A stretch of DNA of 64,000 nt from NCBI GenBank assembly GCA_964652255.1, contig CAZZBM010000001.1, forward strand, positions 530,985 to 594,984, written 5' to 3'. The DNA is from an uncultured bacterium. GTDB taxonomy: Bacteria > Bdellovibrionota > Bacteriovoracia > Bacteriovoracales > CAZZBM01. A model generated the notes under the pieces. The model did not search any database. It saw only the letters and a list, made by a program, of their open reading frames with translations, and was not told the DNA's origin. Within the stretch, counting starts at the first letter, position 1. Every line of letters starts with the position of its first letter. A program made the translations under genes and the position numbers. Below are positions 46,625 to 55,242 of the stretch, one piece after another.

Positions 46625-47020
46625 ATCAACAATAATGGTTGTGTCATCCTCAGATAGAATGAGTTGAAAGGATTTTAGAGAATTAAGTAGGTTGTATGTT
46701 TCTAGATACTTTTGAGATATTTCTAAGTCAAGGTTTAAATAAGTTAAAAATAAATTTGAAAAATAATCAAAACTTCTATAATGAAAGAAAACATGAGAAG
46801 GAAAGGAATGAAGCTTAGATCGAATGATGGATTTATTGAATAAAGAGAAGTCAGTGAGGGAATCTTTGAAATGTTGAATGATAAAAGTTTGAATATCTTC
46901 AAAGCTTAAATTTTTTTGAGATAAAGATTTTTTGATGATTTCTTTACAGGAATAAGGTGGCTGTTCAAGAAAGGTTTTAAATAAAGTTGTTGCTGGGGTT
47001 GCTAAAAGAAAGAAAAACAT
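46601..47020 (-). CDS. Hypothetical protein, antisense insert between ctaB and coxII
   Basis: ORF only. Short hydrophobic N-terminus. Confidence 0.4.
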   Translation of the reverse strand: MFFFLLATPATTLFKTFLEQPPYSCKEIIKKSLSQKNLSFEDIQTFIIQHFKDSLTDFSLFNKSIIRSKLHSFPSHVFFHYRSFDYFSNLFLTYLNLDLEISQKYLETYNLLNSLKSFQLILSEDDTTIIVDLIFNIEK

Positions 47021-47108
47021 AGAAAGCTTTTAAGGGATAAAAGAGAAGAGATCAATATTTTTTCTCTCATTGCAGGAAAAAAGAGGCTTTGTTAAGATAA
47101 GAGGCGTC

Positions 47109-47846
47109 ATGAGTTTTTTAGAAGTGATTACTCCTCCAGAAATTATCTCCAAAGATGGTCATCTTATTGATGAACTATTTTATTACATTACTTGGATGAT
47201 TGGATTTTACTTTTTAGTGATTTGCATTGCCTTAATTTATGTCAGTTATAGATATTCAGCTAAAAGAAATCCACAGCCCTTATTTACTTATGGAAATAAA
47301 AAAGTTCATGTATGGATTACGACTTTTTTAGGAGCTTTAGTTTTTTTTAGTGTAGATTTTAATATTACAAGAATTTCTAATAATGATATGATGAATTTTT
47401 TTTGGAAAAATCCTAAAGAAGCTCTTAAGATTGAAGTTTTGGGACTTCAATGGATGTGGGCTTTTAGATATCCTAATGAAGAAGGAAAATTTAATACAAA
47501 AGAAGATTTAGTCCTTAATTCAGAGCTAAGAATTCCTGTGAATAGACCTGTTGTTTTTCAAATTACTTCTAAGGATGTGATTCATTCTCTTTTTTTTCCT
47601 CATACGAGATTAAAAACAGATGCTATTCCTGGAAAAGTAACAAGGTTATGGTTTGAGCCAGTGAAAACTGGAACTTTTGAAATTGTTTGTGCAGAAATGT
47701 GTGGAGCTAATCACTATCTCATGAAAGCAAAACTTGTAGTGATGAAAGAAGATGAGTATGATGAGTGGTTGAAAAAACAAAGAGAAGTCAATATGAACTT
47801 AGTATCAGATGAGTTTAGTCATTGGGGTTGGGAATGGAGAGAATAG
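47109..47846 (+). CDS. ctaC: Cytochrome c oxidase subunit II (no fused cytochrome c)
   Basis: Two TM helices. CuA site DVIHS...CAEMCGANH..M. The ATG at 47109 is preferred over the track TTG at 47070. Confidence 0.9.
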   Translation: MSFLEVITPPEIISKDGHLIDELFYYITWMIGFYFLVICIALIYVSYRYSAKRNPQPLFTYGNKKVHVWITTFLGALVFFSVDFNITRISNNDMMNFFWKNPKEALKIEVLGLQWMWAFRYPNEEGKFNTKEDLVLNSELRIPVNRPVVFQITSKDVIHSLFFPHTRLKTDAIPGKVTRLWFEPVKTGTFEIVCAEMCGANHYLMKAKLVVMKEDEYDEWLKKQREVNMNLVSDEFSHWGWEWRE

Positions 47847-49543
47847 AGCAAGAGATACATCATGAGCCGACTTCTTTTCTAAGAAAATATCTTTTTTCTA
47901 CTGATCATAAAATGATTGCCAAACAATTTTTATGGTACGGTTTTTTCTTTCTTTTTATTGGTGGAATCATGGCTTTGCTCATTAGGTGGGTTTTAGCTTA
48001 TCCTACTATTCCTTTTCCTTTGTTAGGAAAATTACTTTATTTTAATAATGCAGGATTAGTTTCACCACAAGAATATGCTTCTTTATTTACTCTTCATGGC
48101 ACTATTATGATTTTTTATGCCATCACCCCTTTGTTAATTGGAGCCTTTGGTAATTATTGTATCCCTTTAATGATTGGAGCTAGAGATATGGCTTTTCCAA
48201 CTCTGAATATGCTTTCTTTCTGGTTTATGGTTATTTCAGGAGTATTATTATTAGCTTCTTTTTTTCTTCCTTTAGGAGCTGCTGCTGGAGGTTGGACTAG
48301 TTACCCTACTTTAAGTACCTTAATTGGAAGTCCTGGTCATGGACAAACCTTTTGGTGTTTAGCTATTTTTTTTTTAGGAATCTCATCGACGATGGGAGCT
48401 ATTAATTATATTACCACTATTATTGCTTATAGAGCTCCTGGAATGCACTATTTTAGAATGCCTCTTACTATTTGGGGTTTACTCTTAACAGCTATTCTTA
48501 ATGTTATTTTCTTACCTGTCTTAGCTGCTGGAATTTTACTATTACTTTTTGATCGTTTATTTGGAACAACATTTTTTTTAGCTGGAGCAGGTGCTATTTC
48601 AGGGTCAGGGGATCCTATTTTATATCAACATGTTTTTTGGATTTTTGGTCATCCTGAGGTTTATATTTTAATTCTTCCTGCCTGGGGAATAGTTTCAGAT
48701 TTATTATCTTTTTTTTCCAGAAAACCTGCCTTTGCTGCTAAAACCACAGCCCTAGCTATGAGTTCAGTGACGATTTTATCTACTATTGTTTACGGTCATC
48801 ATATGTTTACTACTCAAATGAGTCCACTACTCACTCAGTCTTTTATGACTTTAACTTTAACGATTTCTATTCCTTCTACTGTCTTGTTTGCGAATTGGAT
48901 TTTAACCATGTGGGGTGGATCTCTAAGATTTACTGTTCCAATGTTATTTACGATGAGTGTTGTTTTTGTTTTTGGCTTAGGAGGCTTAACAGGTCTTTAT
49001 TTAGGGGCTGTTTCAACAGACTTATATCTTCATGATACTTATTTTGTCGTAGGTCATTTTCACTATACAATGGCTGCTTCAGTTCTTATGGGAACTTTTG
49101 CTGGAATTTATTATTGGTTTCCAAAGATGTATGGCAAAATGATGAATGTAACCTTAGGTAAAATTCATTTTTGGGGAACTTTTTTAACTTTGAATGTTGT
49201 TTTTACAGTGATGATGCTTATGGGTTTTGCTGGAATGCATAGAAGAATTTTTAATCCTTTTGTGTATGAGTATTTAGTAAAGTTGATTCCTTTAAATACT
49301 TTAACGACAACAGCAGCTTTATTACTAGGCTTGTCTCAAATTCCTTTTATCATAAATCTTTTTTATTCTTTATTTAAAGGAGAAAAAGCAAAAGACAATC
49401 CTTGGGAAGTAGGAACATTAGAGTGGACCTTACCTTCACCTCCACCTTATCACAACTATGATGTGATCCCTGTGGTGGAATGTGGACCACATGAGTTAGG
49501 TCGAAAAGAAAAGGATTTTTACTATCAAACAGAAAAGATCTGA
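47834..49543 (+). CDS. ctaD: Cytochrome c oxidase subunit I
   Basis: Motifs WIFGHPEVYILILP, GHHMFT and VGHFHY. The ATG at 47834 is preferred over the TTG at 47822. Confidence 0.93.
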   Translation: MERIEQEIHHEPTSFLRKYLFSTDHKMIAKQFLWYGFFFLFIGGIMALLIRWVLAYPTIPFPLLGKLLYFNNAGLVSPQEYASLFTLHGTIMIFYAITPLLIGAFGNYCIPLMIGARDMAFPTLNMLSFWFMVISGVLLLASFFLPLGAAAGGWTSYPTLSTLIGSPGHGQTFWCLAIFFLGISSTMGAINYITTIIAYRAPGMHYFRMPLTIWGLLLTAILNVIFLPVLAAGILLLLFDRLFGTTFFLAGAGAISGSGDPILYQHVFWIFGHPEVYILILPAWGIVSDLLSFFSRKPAFAAKTTALAMSSVTILSTIVYGHHMFTTQMSPLLTQSFMTLTLTISIPSTVLFANWILTMWGGSLRFTVPMLFTMSVVFVFGLGGLTGLYLGAVSTDLYLHDTYFVVGHFHYTMAASVLMGTFAGIYYWFPKMYGKMMNVTLGKIHFWGTFLTLNVVFTVMMLMGFAGMHRRIFNPFVYEYLVKLIPLNTLTTTAALLLGLSQIPFIINLFYSLFKGEKAKDNPWEVGTLEWTLPSPPPYHNYDVIPVVECGPHELGRKEKDFYYQTEKI

Positions 49544-49562
49544 ACTTGTTTTTAGTCTTCTT

Positions 49563-49955
49563 ATGATGATGATTGGAATGTTCTTTTTAACTCTTTTTTT
49601 ACTCTTTTTTCTTTATCAAACAAGAAATCTTCTTGGTGTTTTTGAGCATAAGAAGGTTTTATTTTTTAGTGGAGCCTGGATTGCTTTAAGTTCTTTTTTT
49701 TATGAAGAGCTTTATATTTTTTTTTATTCGAGTGCTTTATTTTGTATAAGTCAATTTTTTTTACTTACTCATTTTGAAAAACAAGGAGCATTAGGTTCTT
49801 GGCTTTATTTTTTTATTCTTTTACACTTAGTTCATCTAGGGGGAGGAATAATCTTGAGAGCCAAAGAAAATCTTTTTGTGTATAGTAGAAGATACTGGCA
49901 TTTTTTAACAGGATTATGGTTTATTTGTTCATTTTTACTTTTTTACTTCACTTAA
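49563..49955 (+). CDS. Second, short subunit III-like membrane protein
   Basis: Four TM helices, ending in a YWHFLTGLWFICSF signature reminiscent of the CoxIII C-terminus. Confidence 0.55.
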   Translation: MMMIGMFFLTLFLLFFLYQTRNLLGVFEHKKVLFFSGAWIALSSFFYEELYIFFYSSALFCISQFFLLTHFEKQGALGSWLYFFILLHLVHLGGGIILRAKENLFVYSRRYWHFLTGLWFICSFLLFYFT

Positions 49956-50773
49956 GTTGTTCAAGAAAAACTTTTATTGAACAAAAAGTTTTTGTCAATA
50001 ATTTGACTGTTGAAGTTAAAACTTTGCATCATGGGGAAAAGGTTTATGTTCAATATTGTCAAGCTTGTCACGGAATTAAAGGTGATGGTCAGGGACTTAG
50101 TGGTCGAGGTTTAATTCCAGCTCCTAGAAATTTTCAGCAGGGAATTTTTAAATTTGGTTTAAGTGAAGGAGCTGGACTACCTAGTGATGAAGATTTTAAA
50201 AGAATTATTAGGTACGGATTAAAAGGAACTGGAATGATGCCACAAGATCTTACAGATCAAGAGATTTTTGCAGTAACACAATTTATTAAGACCTTTGCTC
50301 CACAAGTTTGGGAAAAACCTCAGGAAACAATAAAGACAATTACTTTTATTGATGATCCCTATGGGGAAGGAAAGAAAACTTTTGCGATTAAAAAAGGAAA
50401 AGAACTTTATCATACATTAACCAACTGTGTGATTTGTCACAAATCCTATATTACAAGAGAAGATTTTAAAACTTTAGATCCAGAAAATGTTCTTGTTCAA
50501 TCTCATGATTTATTTCAGTTAAAGATTCAAGAGACAGAATATTTTACTTCTAATGCTGAAAAGCTTCAAAAAAGTCTACCTCCTGATTTTGAACTTCATC
50601 CTTTAAGACTTATTCACATAGATAAAACTTTAGAGGAAGGTGTTTATAAAAGAATTGCTGCTGGGATTACTGGGGGTAATATGCCTGCTTGGCATGGATT
50701 GATTTCTCATGAAGAGATGTATGCCATTGCTTATTATGTTGTGTCTTTAATTCCTGAGGAATCAAAAAAATGA
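49916..50773 (+). CDS. Dihaem c-type cytochrome lipoprotein
   Basis: Lipobox LHLSCS. Two CxxCH motifs (CQACH, CVICH) with distal Met candidates. Confidence 0.8.
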   Translation: MVYLFIFTFLLHLSCSRKTFIEQKVFVNNLTVEVKTLHHGEKVYVQYCQACHGIKGDGQGLSGRGLIPAPRNFQQGIFKFGLSEGAGLPSDEDFKRIIRYGLKGTGMMPQDLTDQEIFAVTQFIKTFAPQVWEKPQETIKTITFIDDPYGEGKKTFAIKKGKELYHTLTNCVICHKSYITREDFKTLDPENVLVQSHDLFQLKIQETEYFTSNAEKLQKSLPPDFELHPLRLIHIDKTLEEGVYKRIAAGITGGNMPAWHGLISHEEMYAIAYYVVSLIPEESKK

Positions 50774-51357
50774 CTTTAGTTTTAAAACCTGTTTTTTGGT
50801 GGGCTTTAATTCTTTTTCTTTTTGCTGTTCCTTTTTATCGTTCTGTGAATAGAGATTTAAAAAAAGAAATCCCTATCATAAAAAGTATTAAAAACTTTCA
50901 AGGAATTGATCAAGATAATCAGGTGAAGTCTTTTCAAGATTTTAGAAAGTATTTAGTTCTTAATCTACATTTTACTCGTTGTCCTGGAGAGTGTGTTGAT
51001 TTAATGAAGCAGAGTCAAAAACTTCAAGTGAAACTTCTTCCTTTTATAGATCATATTCATATGATTTCTCTCACAGTAGATTCAGAATATGATTCAGTTG
51101 AAGTGTTGAAAAGATACAGTACAGACTTAGGAGCTCACAAGAATCTTTGGTCTTTTTGGAGAGCTAAAAATTCTCAAGATTTAGAAACTTATTTACAAAA
51201 AGAACTCTACTTAAGCATAAATGAAAGCTTGGATCCTTTTGAGATTGCTCATTCCACTAAATTTGTTCTTATAGATTCAAAGCTTCAAATTAGAGGTTAT
51301 TATGATCAGGTAGAAGATTTACTTTTAGATTTCGCTTTCTTGTTACATCATTTATGA
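50770..51357 (+). CDS. sco: SCO1/SenC copper chaperone
   Basis: N-terminal TM anchor. Thioredoxin-fold CPGEC motif and a downstream conserved His (EIAHS). Confidence 0.8.
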   Translation: MTLVLKPVFWWALILFLFAVPFYRSVNRDLKKEIPIIKSIKNFQGIDQDNQVKSFQDFRKYLVLNLHFTRCPGECVDLMKQSQKLQVKLLPFIDHIHMISLTVDSEYDSVEVLKRYSTDLGAHKNLWSFWRAKNSQDLETYLQKELYLSINESLDPFEIAHSTKFVLIDSKLQIRGYYDQVEDLLLDFAFLLHHL

Positions 51358-51608
51358 AGAAGTTATATTTAATTGTTTTCTTTTTTCTCACACTTTTCAC
51401 TGTTCTTGAAATTTTTGCAGCAGAATATTTTTCGGGTTTTTTAAAACAAAGTTCTTTAGTTATTTTGGCTTTTGTTAAGGCTTTTTTAGTGGCTTGGTAT
51501 TATATGCATTTAAAGGATGAATCTAAGTTATTAAAATTTATTGCTTCTATGTTAATTTTTGGAGTGATTTTAGCTTTAGTAGTGATTGTTGAAGTGGTGA
51601 TTAGATGA
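51354..51608 (+). CDS. Prokaryotic cytochrome c oxidase subunit IV family protein
   Basis: 84 aa, three TM helices, WYYMHLKDE motif (the xxMHL signature of the COX4_pro family). Confidence 0.6.
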   Translation: MKKLYLIVFFFLTLFTVLEIFAAEYFSGFLKQSSLVILAFVKAFLVAWYYMHLKDESKLLKFIASMLIFGVILALVVIVEVVIR

Positions 51609-51730
51609 AAGTATCAAACTTAATCATGATGCCTACTTGGGTTCTTCTTTTAGGTCTTATTGTTGTTTTTTTTATTGTGAAGACTTTTATTTATATTAAA
51701 GATAAAGAAAGAGAAGATGAAGAAAGCTAA
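51605..51730 (+). CDS. Small single-TM protein (41 aa), ATGA-coupled to coxIV
   Basis: MKVSNLIMMPTWVLLLGLIVVFFIVKTFIYIKDKEREDEES. Below the track cutoff. Confidence 0.3.
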   Translation: MKVSNLIMMPTWVLLLGLIVVFFIVKTFIYIKDKEREDEES

Positions 51731-52173
51731 TGATCTATGTCTTCTTCTACTGTAATGACGACTATTTTAGAGGGACTTAAATAAGAATCAATTGAGAATA
51801 ATCCTTCAGGCAGCTGAATAGAGATATTTTGATCTTTAATTAAGATATCTGAGCAGTCTTCGTTGGAAAGAGTCCTGATTTTATAAGAATAGTTTTGAGG
51901 AGGCGAGATATCAACAATATCTATAGTCATCTCATTGTCAAAACCAAGGGTGCAATTTTCTTCATTGAAAGATAGAAAAATTTCTTTTGAGGTATTTAAT
52001 ATGGGATTAGGGTTTTGATTAAAAACAGGATTAAAATGCACATTAAAAATGAGATCAAATTCTTTATCTATGGTGATGTCATGGATTAAGATGGGAGAAA
52101 GACCAGAAGAGCTATTTATGAAGGAAGAATGATTAAAATTAGAGCAAGAAAAGAGGAGTAAAAATAAGAACAC
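51727..52173 (-). CDS. Two-cysteine lipoprotein family member A
   Basis: GTG start. Lipobox LFSC. Pattern NCTLGF...x32...EDC...IQLPEGLF. Confidence 0.55.
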   Translation of the reverse strand: MFLFLLLFSCSNFNHSSFINSSSGLSPILIHDITIDKEFDLIFNVHFNPVFNQNPNPILNTSKEIFLSFNEENCTLGFDNEMTIDIVDISPPQNYSYKIRTLSNEDCSDILIKDQNISIQLPEGLFSIDSYLSPSKIVVITVEEDIDH

Positions 52174-52222
52174 AAAAAATTCTATCGTCTTTTTAAGAGT
52201 AAAACTTAACTAAAGACCCTTA

Positions 52223-52251
52223 TTGACGAATAGGGTAAAAAAATTTAAATT
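52223..52251 (+). promoter_or_regulatory. Candidate sigma70-type promoter for tRNA-Ala (TTGACG-N17-TAAATT)
   Basis: Hexamers read directly. The -10 ends 13 nt before the tRNA 5' end. Confidence 0.3.
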
Positions 52252-52264
52252 AAGCACTCAAAGT

Positions 52265-52340
52265 GGGGGTGTAGCTCAGCTGGAAGAGCATCTGATTTGC
52301 ATTCAGAGGGTCGCAGGTTCGACTCCTGTCATCTCCACCA
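52265..52340 (+). tRNA. tRNA-Ala (anticodon UGC), CCA encoded
   Basis: Hand-folded: acceptor GGGGGTG/CATCTCC with the G3:U70 Ala identity pair, D arm GCTCAGCTGGAAGAGC, anticodon loop TTTGCAT, T arm GCAGG-TTCGACT-CCTGT, 3' ACCA. Confidence 0.93.
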
Positions 52341-52359
52341 AGTTTTTTTATAAAAAAGA

Positions 52360-52863
52360 TTAATCTAAAATCATAATTGATCCTTCTGTGTAAGCTTCAT
52401 TGCCAATAGTGTCTATGATAAAACTATCAGCTGAAACAGTAACAGATAGATCTTCAGGGTTATTCTCGAGAATATTCATTACAGGACCAAGACAATCCAT
52501 AGATTCTTGGTTTATTTCTTCAGTATTATCTATATTAAAAATAATATCACCTGAGACATAACCAATCAAATCAAGAAGTTCTTGGGGTATCTCATCAACA
52601 TCTGCACTAAGGTCAATAAGAAAATCTCTGCTAGTTAAAGTAACAGAACAAAGGGGATTGCCCTGATTAAAGAAAGCCATGGTTCCATTTTCGCTGAGGA
52701 TCATACTGTTAACGTCAAGATTTGTAGTAGCGACAAATAAGAATAGATCTTCATAAACGATATTTTTTAAGACAAAATTTTGATTAGAAGAACTAGAGTT
52801 AGGAAGATCAGAAATGTTTGAATTAGTGCAAGATAAGATTAAAAATAAAAATAAATTTCTCAT
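52360..52863 (-). CDS. Two-cysteine lipoprotein family member B
   Basis: Lipobox ILSC. Pattern LCSVTLT...x51...MDC...VTVSADSF. Confidence 0.55.
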   Translation of the reverse strand: MRNLFLFLILSCTNSNISDLPNSSSSNQNFVLKNIVYEDLFLFVATTNLDVNSMILSENGTMAFFNQGNPLCSVTLTSRDFLIDLSADVDEIPQELLDLIGYVSGDIIFNIDNTEEINQESMDCLGPVMNILENNPEDLSVTVSADSFIIDTIGNEAYTEGSIMILD

Positions 52864-52893
52864 ATAATCTTTATCGATTGAATAAAAAAATTA

Positions 52894-53364
52894 CTAAAGC
52901 ATATTTTCATATTGCCAAGGGGTGAGTCCTGTTTGAGTGAATTCTGTATTGAAAACTCCATTTACAGAAACAGTTTCTGTTGGAATAGTAATGATAGCAG
53001 TTTGACTAGACCAAACATCAATCAAGTTACAATCTCCTATAGCACTTAAATTTGCATGATAGATGGTTTTACCAGCAATACCTTCTAGTTCTGGATCCTG
53101 CGGAATAATCTGATTATAAATTTCTAGAGCATAAGTACAAGTGACGGGACCACCTTCTGTGTCATCAGTAATGCTAATGGTAGGATTTTGAGTAAAAATG
53201 ATATCTTCATGGGCACCATAAATAACAAAAAAAAAGCCTTCTGTAGTGAAAAGTCCTTCGATAAGAGAAGAGTCTACTTCTGAGCTAGAAGAGGTATATT
53301 TTGATTCATTATTCCAATGAAAATCAGCACAAGAAGATAAAAATAAACATAATAAAAATCTCAT
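52894..53364 (-). CDS. Two-cysteine lipoprotein family member C
   Basis: Lipobox LSSC. Pattern TCTYALE...x35...GDC...ITIPTETV. Confidence 0.55.
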   Translation of the reverse strand: MRFLLCLFLSSCADFHWNNESKYTSSSSEVDSSLIEGLFTTEGFFFVIYGAHEDIIFTQNPTISITDDTEGGPVTCTYALEIYNQIIPQDPELEGIAGKTIYHANLSAIGDCNLIDVWSSQTAIITIPTETVSVNGVFNTEFTQTGLTPWQYENML

Positions 53365-53445
53365 AAATTCTTCTATCGGAAAAAAAACAAAAAAACTAAA
53401 AACTAATCTAATTTGGAAAAATTTTTAAGTTTTTGTCAAAAAAAC

Positions 53446-53477
53446 TTCTCAAAGATGATCATTGTCATCTTTGAGAA
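53446..53477 (-). terminator. Rho-independent terminator of lipoprotein gene D
   Basis: 13-bp perfect stem (ttctcaaagatga / tcatctttgagaa) with a 6-nt loop. On the minus strand it is followed by T7 (plus-strand A7 at 53438-53444). Confidence 0.65.
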
Positions 53478-53493
53478 AAAAGAGAATTACATC

Positions 53494-53967
53494 TTATAAT
53501 AGAGTTACTTCTTCAGAATATTCTGGGCTTTCAACAGTTGAAAGCTTTTCTACAGTAAAAAGATTTGCTGGGAGTTCAAAGGTGACTTCAGTTGCAGGAA
53601 CTATCATTGTGTCACAAGGTGCTTCCTTAGGAATAGTTACTGAGTTTATTGTAATTTTATTTGGATTATTTACATCATCTTGAGTTAAAGATGCTCCTCC
53701 AAGAGTAAGAGTACAAATATCTTCGCCTGAAGTAACGGTAATAGTGGAATCAGTATTTAAATTATATTCTGGGTCAGTTCCAAAATCTGTTCCAAGAGTG
53801 ACTGTGAATTGAAGGCTTCCAGTTGATGACTTGAAAGATAGATCTGAAATCTCAACAGAAAGGTCTTGTTCATTTTCTGGATCAGAGGTTGAATTACTTG
53901 CTGTTGAATTGGTGGTGTTATTGAGACAGCCTAGTAGTAGAAAGAAAGGTAGTGATAATTTTTTCAT
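53494..53967 (-). CDS. Two-cysteine lipoprotein family member D
   Basis: Shine-Dalgarno AAGGAGA. Lipobox LLGC. Pattern ICTLTLG...x32...APC...FELPANLF. Confidence 0.65.
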   Translation of the reverse strand: MKKLSLPFFLLLGCLNNTTNSTASNSTSDPENEQDLSVEISDLSFKSSTGSLQFTVTLGTDFGTDPEYNLNTDSTITVTSGEDICTLTLGGASLTQDDVNNPNKITINSVTIPKEAPCDTMIVPATEVTFELPANLFTVEKLSTVESPEYSEEVTLL

Positions 53968-54021
53968 AAAAATCTCCTTTTTTATAAAATTATGTTTTTA
54001 ATGAGTTCAAAAGACAAGTGA

Positions 54022-54570
54022 TTAATTTGATCTTGTGGTATTAATTTTCATTTTTGCTAATTTAGCGACAGTGATTTTTTCTTCAGGAGAATTTTCATAG
54101 AAAAATCCTGGGCTAAAAATAACGTCAACATTTTCTGGAACTTGAGAACTTCCTGTTAAAGCATGAATGACGTTAAAATAATTTTGTCTTTCAGGGTCCT
54201 GATTAATATGAAGACAGGGTTTTGTTTTTAAAAAAGATAATCCTGGAAAGTAGCCTAATTCAAGAAGAGATTGAGTTTTTTCTATAAGATTATTGTTTGA
54301 TTTGGAGTTAGTTGTATTTGTAAGAATTGTATCAGTAGATTTACCTTTAGGAGTTTTGTTTTCAAATCTTAATTGAGGAAAATTTACAAGACTGTTTTTT
54401 TTCACCAAAAGAACACAGGTATTTTGTCCTGATTTTAAAGTGATTTTACCTCCGGGGAGTGAAACAATAAAATCCTCTCTAGGTTCTTTTAAACCCAAAG
54501 TCATATGTGAATAATTACTACTTAGAATAATTTCTTTAATAAAAGAAAAAGCTATAGATATAAAAAACAT
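54022..54570 (-). CDS. Hypothetical secreted protein
   Basis: Hydrophobic N-terminus. AGGAGA Shine-Dalgarno. No motif. Confidence 0.45.
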   Translation of the reverse strand: MFFISIAFSFIKEIILSSNYSHMTLGLKEPREDFIVSLPGGKITLKSGQNTCVLLVKKNSLVNFPQLRFENKTPKGKSTDTILTNTTNSKSNNNLIEKTQSLLELGYFPGLSFLKTKPCLHINQDPERQNYFNVIHALTGSSQVPENVDVIFSPGFFYENSPEEKITVAKLAKMKINTTRSN

Positions 54571-54672
54571 AAATAATCTCCTAGAAAAATTGTTAAAAAT
54601 GTTTTATTAAAAGTCAAAAAAAACTTGAAAAAATCTTGTATTATTTTTAATATCGATCAAGGGAGGTGTTTA

Positions 54673-54798
54673 ATGAAAATTTTAACTTTAGTATTAATGA
54701 ATGTCTTTTTTTTACCAACTTGGGATATAGATAAAAAAGATGGTACAATTAAAAATAACCCTAAAGACCCTAAGAGATTAAGAGATTTGACTCTTTAA
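54673..54798 (+). CDS. Small hydrophobic-N-terminus peptide (41 aa) behind a near-consensus Shine-Dalgarno
   Basis: AAGGGAGGTG lies 6 nt before the ATG. Encodes MKILTLVLMNVFFLPTWDIDKKDGTIKNNPKDPKRLRDLTL. Below the track cutoff. Confidence 0.4.
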   Translation: MKILTLVLMNVFFLPTWDIDKKDGTIKNNPKDPKRLRDLTL

Positions 54799-54810
54799 AG
54801 TAATAATATC

Positions 54811-55230
54811 ATGATTAATTTCATGATATTATTACTTTTCTTTTTATTTTTAGGATGCAGGAGTTCTGAAAGAGATTTAAATGCTGCTACTCAAAGCCTT
54901 TTTTTTAATCTGATTAATCCTTTAAAAAATGACCTTAAAAATCTTTCTTATGCAAATCTAGTAGAAGGATTTTCTGCTGACTCTAATTATTCAGAACTTT
55001 TATTCAGCGTTGAAAGCAACAAAAAAACACAAGGTGATTGTTCTTTTGTAAAGAAAAACAATAAGTTTGTGCTTATGAAAAAATGTGCTTTAGCGACTCC
55101 TTTGACTTTAAAAGATTTTAGATTAGCCCCTAAAAATTCTTTTTCTCACCAAGGAACGAGTTCCTCTATAAGAGAACATGGAAGATATCAACAAGAATTA
55201 AGTGAATTAAAATTTACTTTTTTAAAATAA
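54811..55230 (+). CDS. Hypothetical lipoprotein
   Basis: MINFMILLLFFLFLGCRSS has the lipobox FLGC. Confidence 0.5.
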   Translation: MINFMILLLFFLFLGCRSSERDLNAATQSLFFNLINPLKNDLKNLSYANLVEGFSADSNYSELLFSVESNKKTQGDCSFVKKNNKFVLMKKCALATPLTLKDFRLAPKNSFSHQGTSSSIREHGRYQQELSELKFTFLK

Positions 55231-55242
55231 TAAGGAGAACAC

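Noticed and set aside
50219-50413. 64-aa ORF antisense to the dihaem cytochrome c gene
   Set aside because: Nested antisense ORF.
53462-53683. 73-aa plus-strand ORF antisense to lipoprotein D
   Set aside because: The minus-strand gene has a Shine-Dalgarno, a lipobox, the family motif and a terminator. The plus-strand ORF begins inside that terminator.
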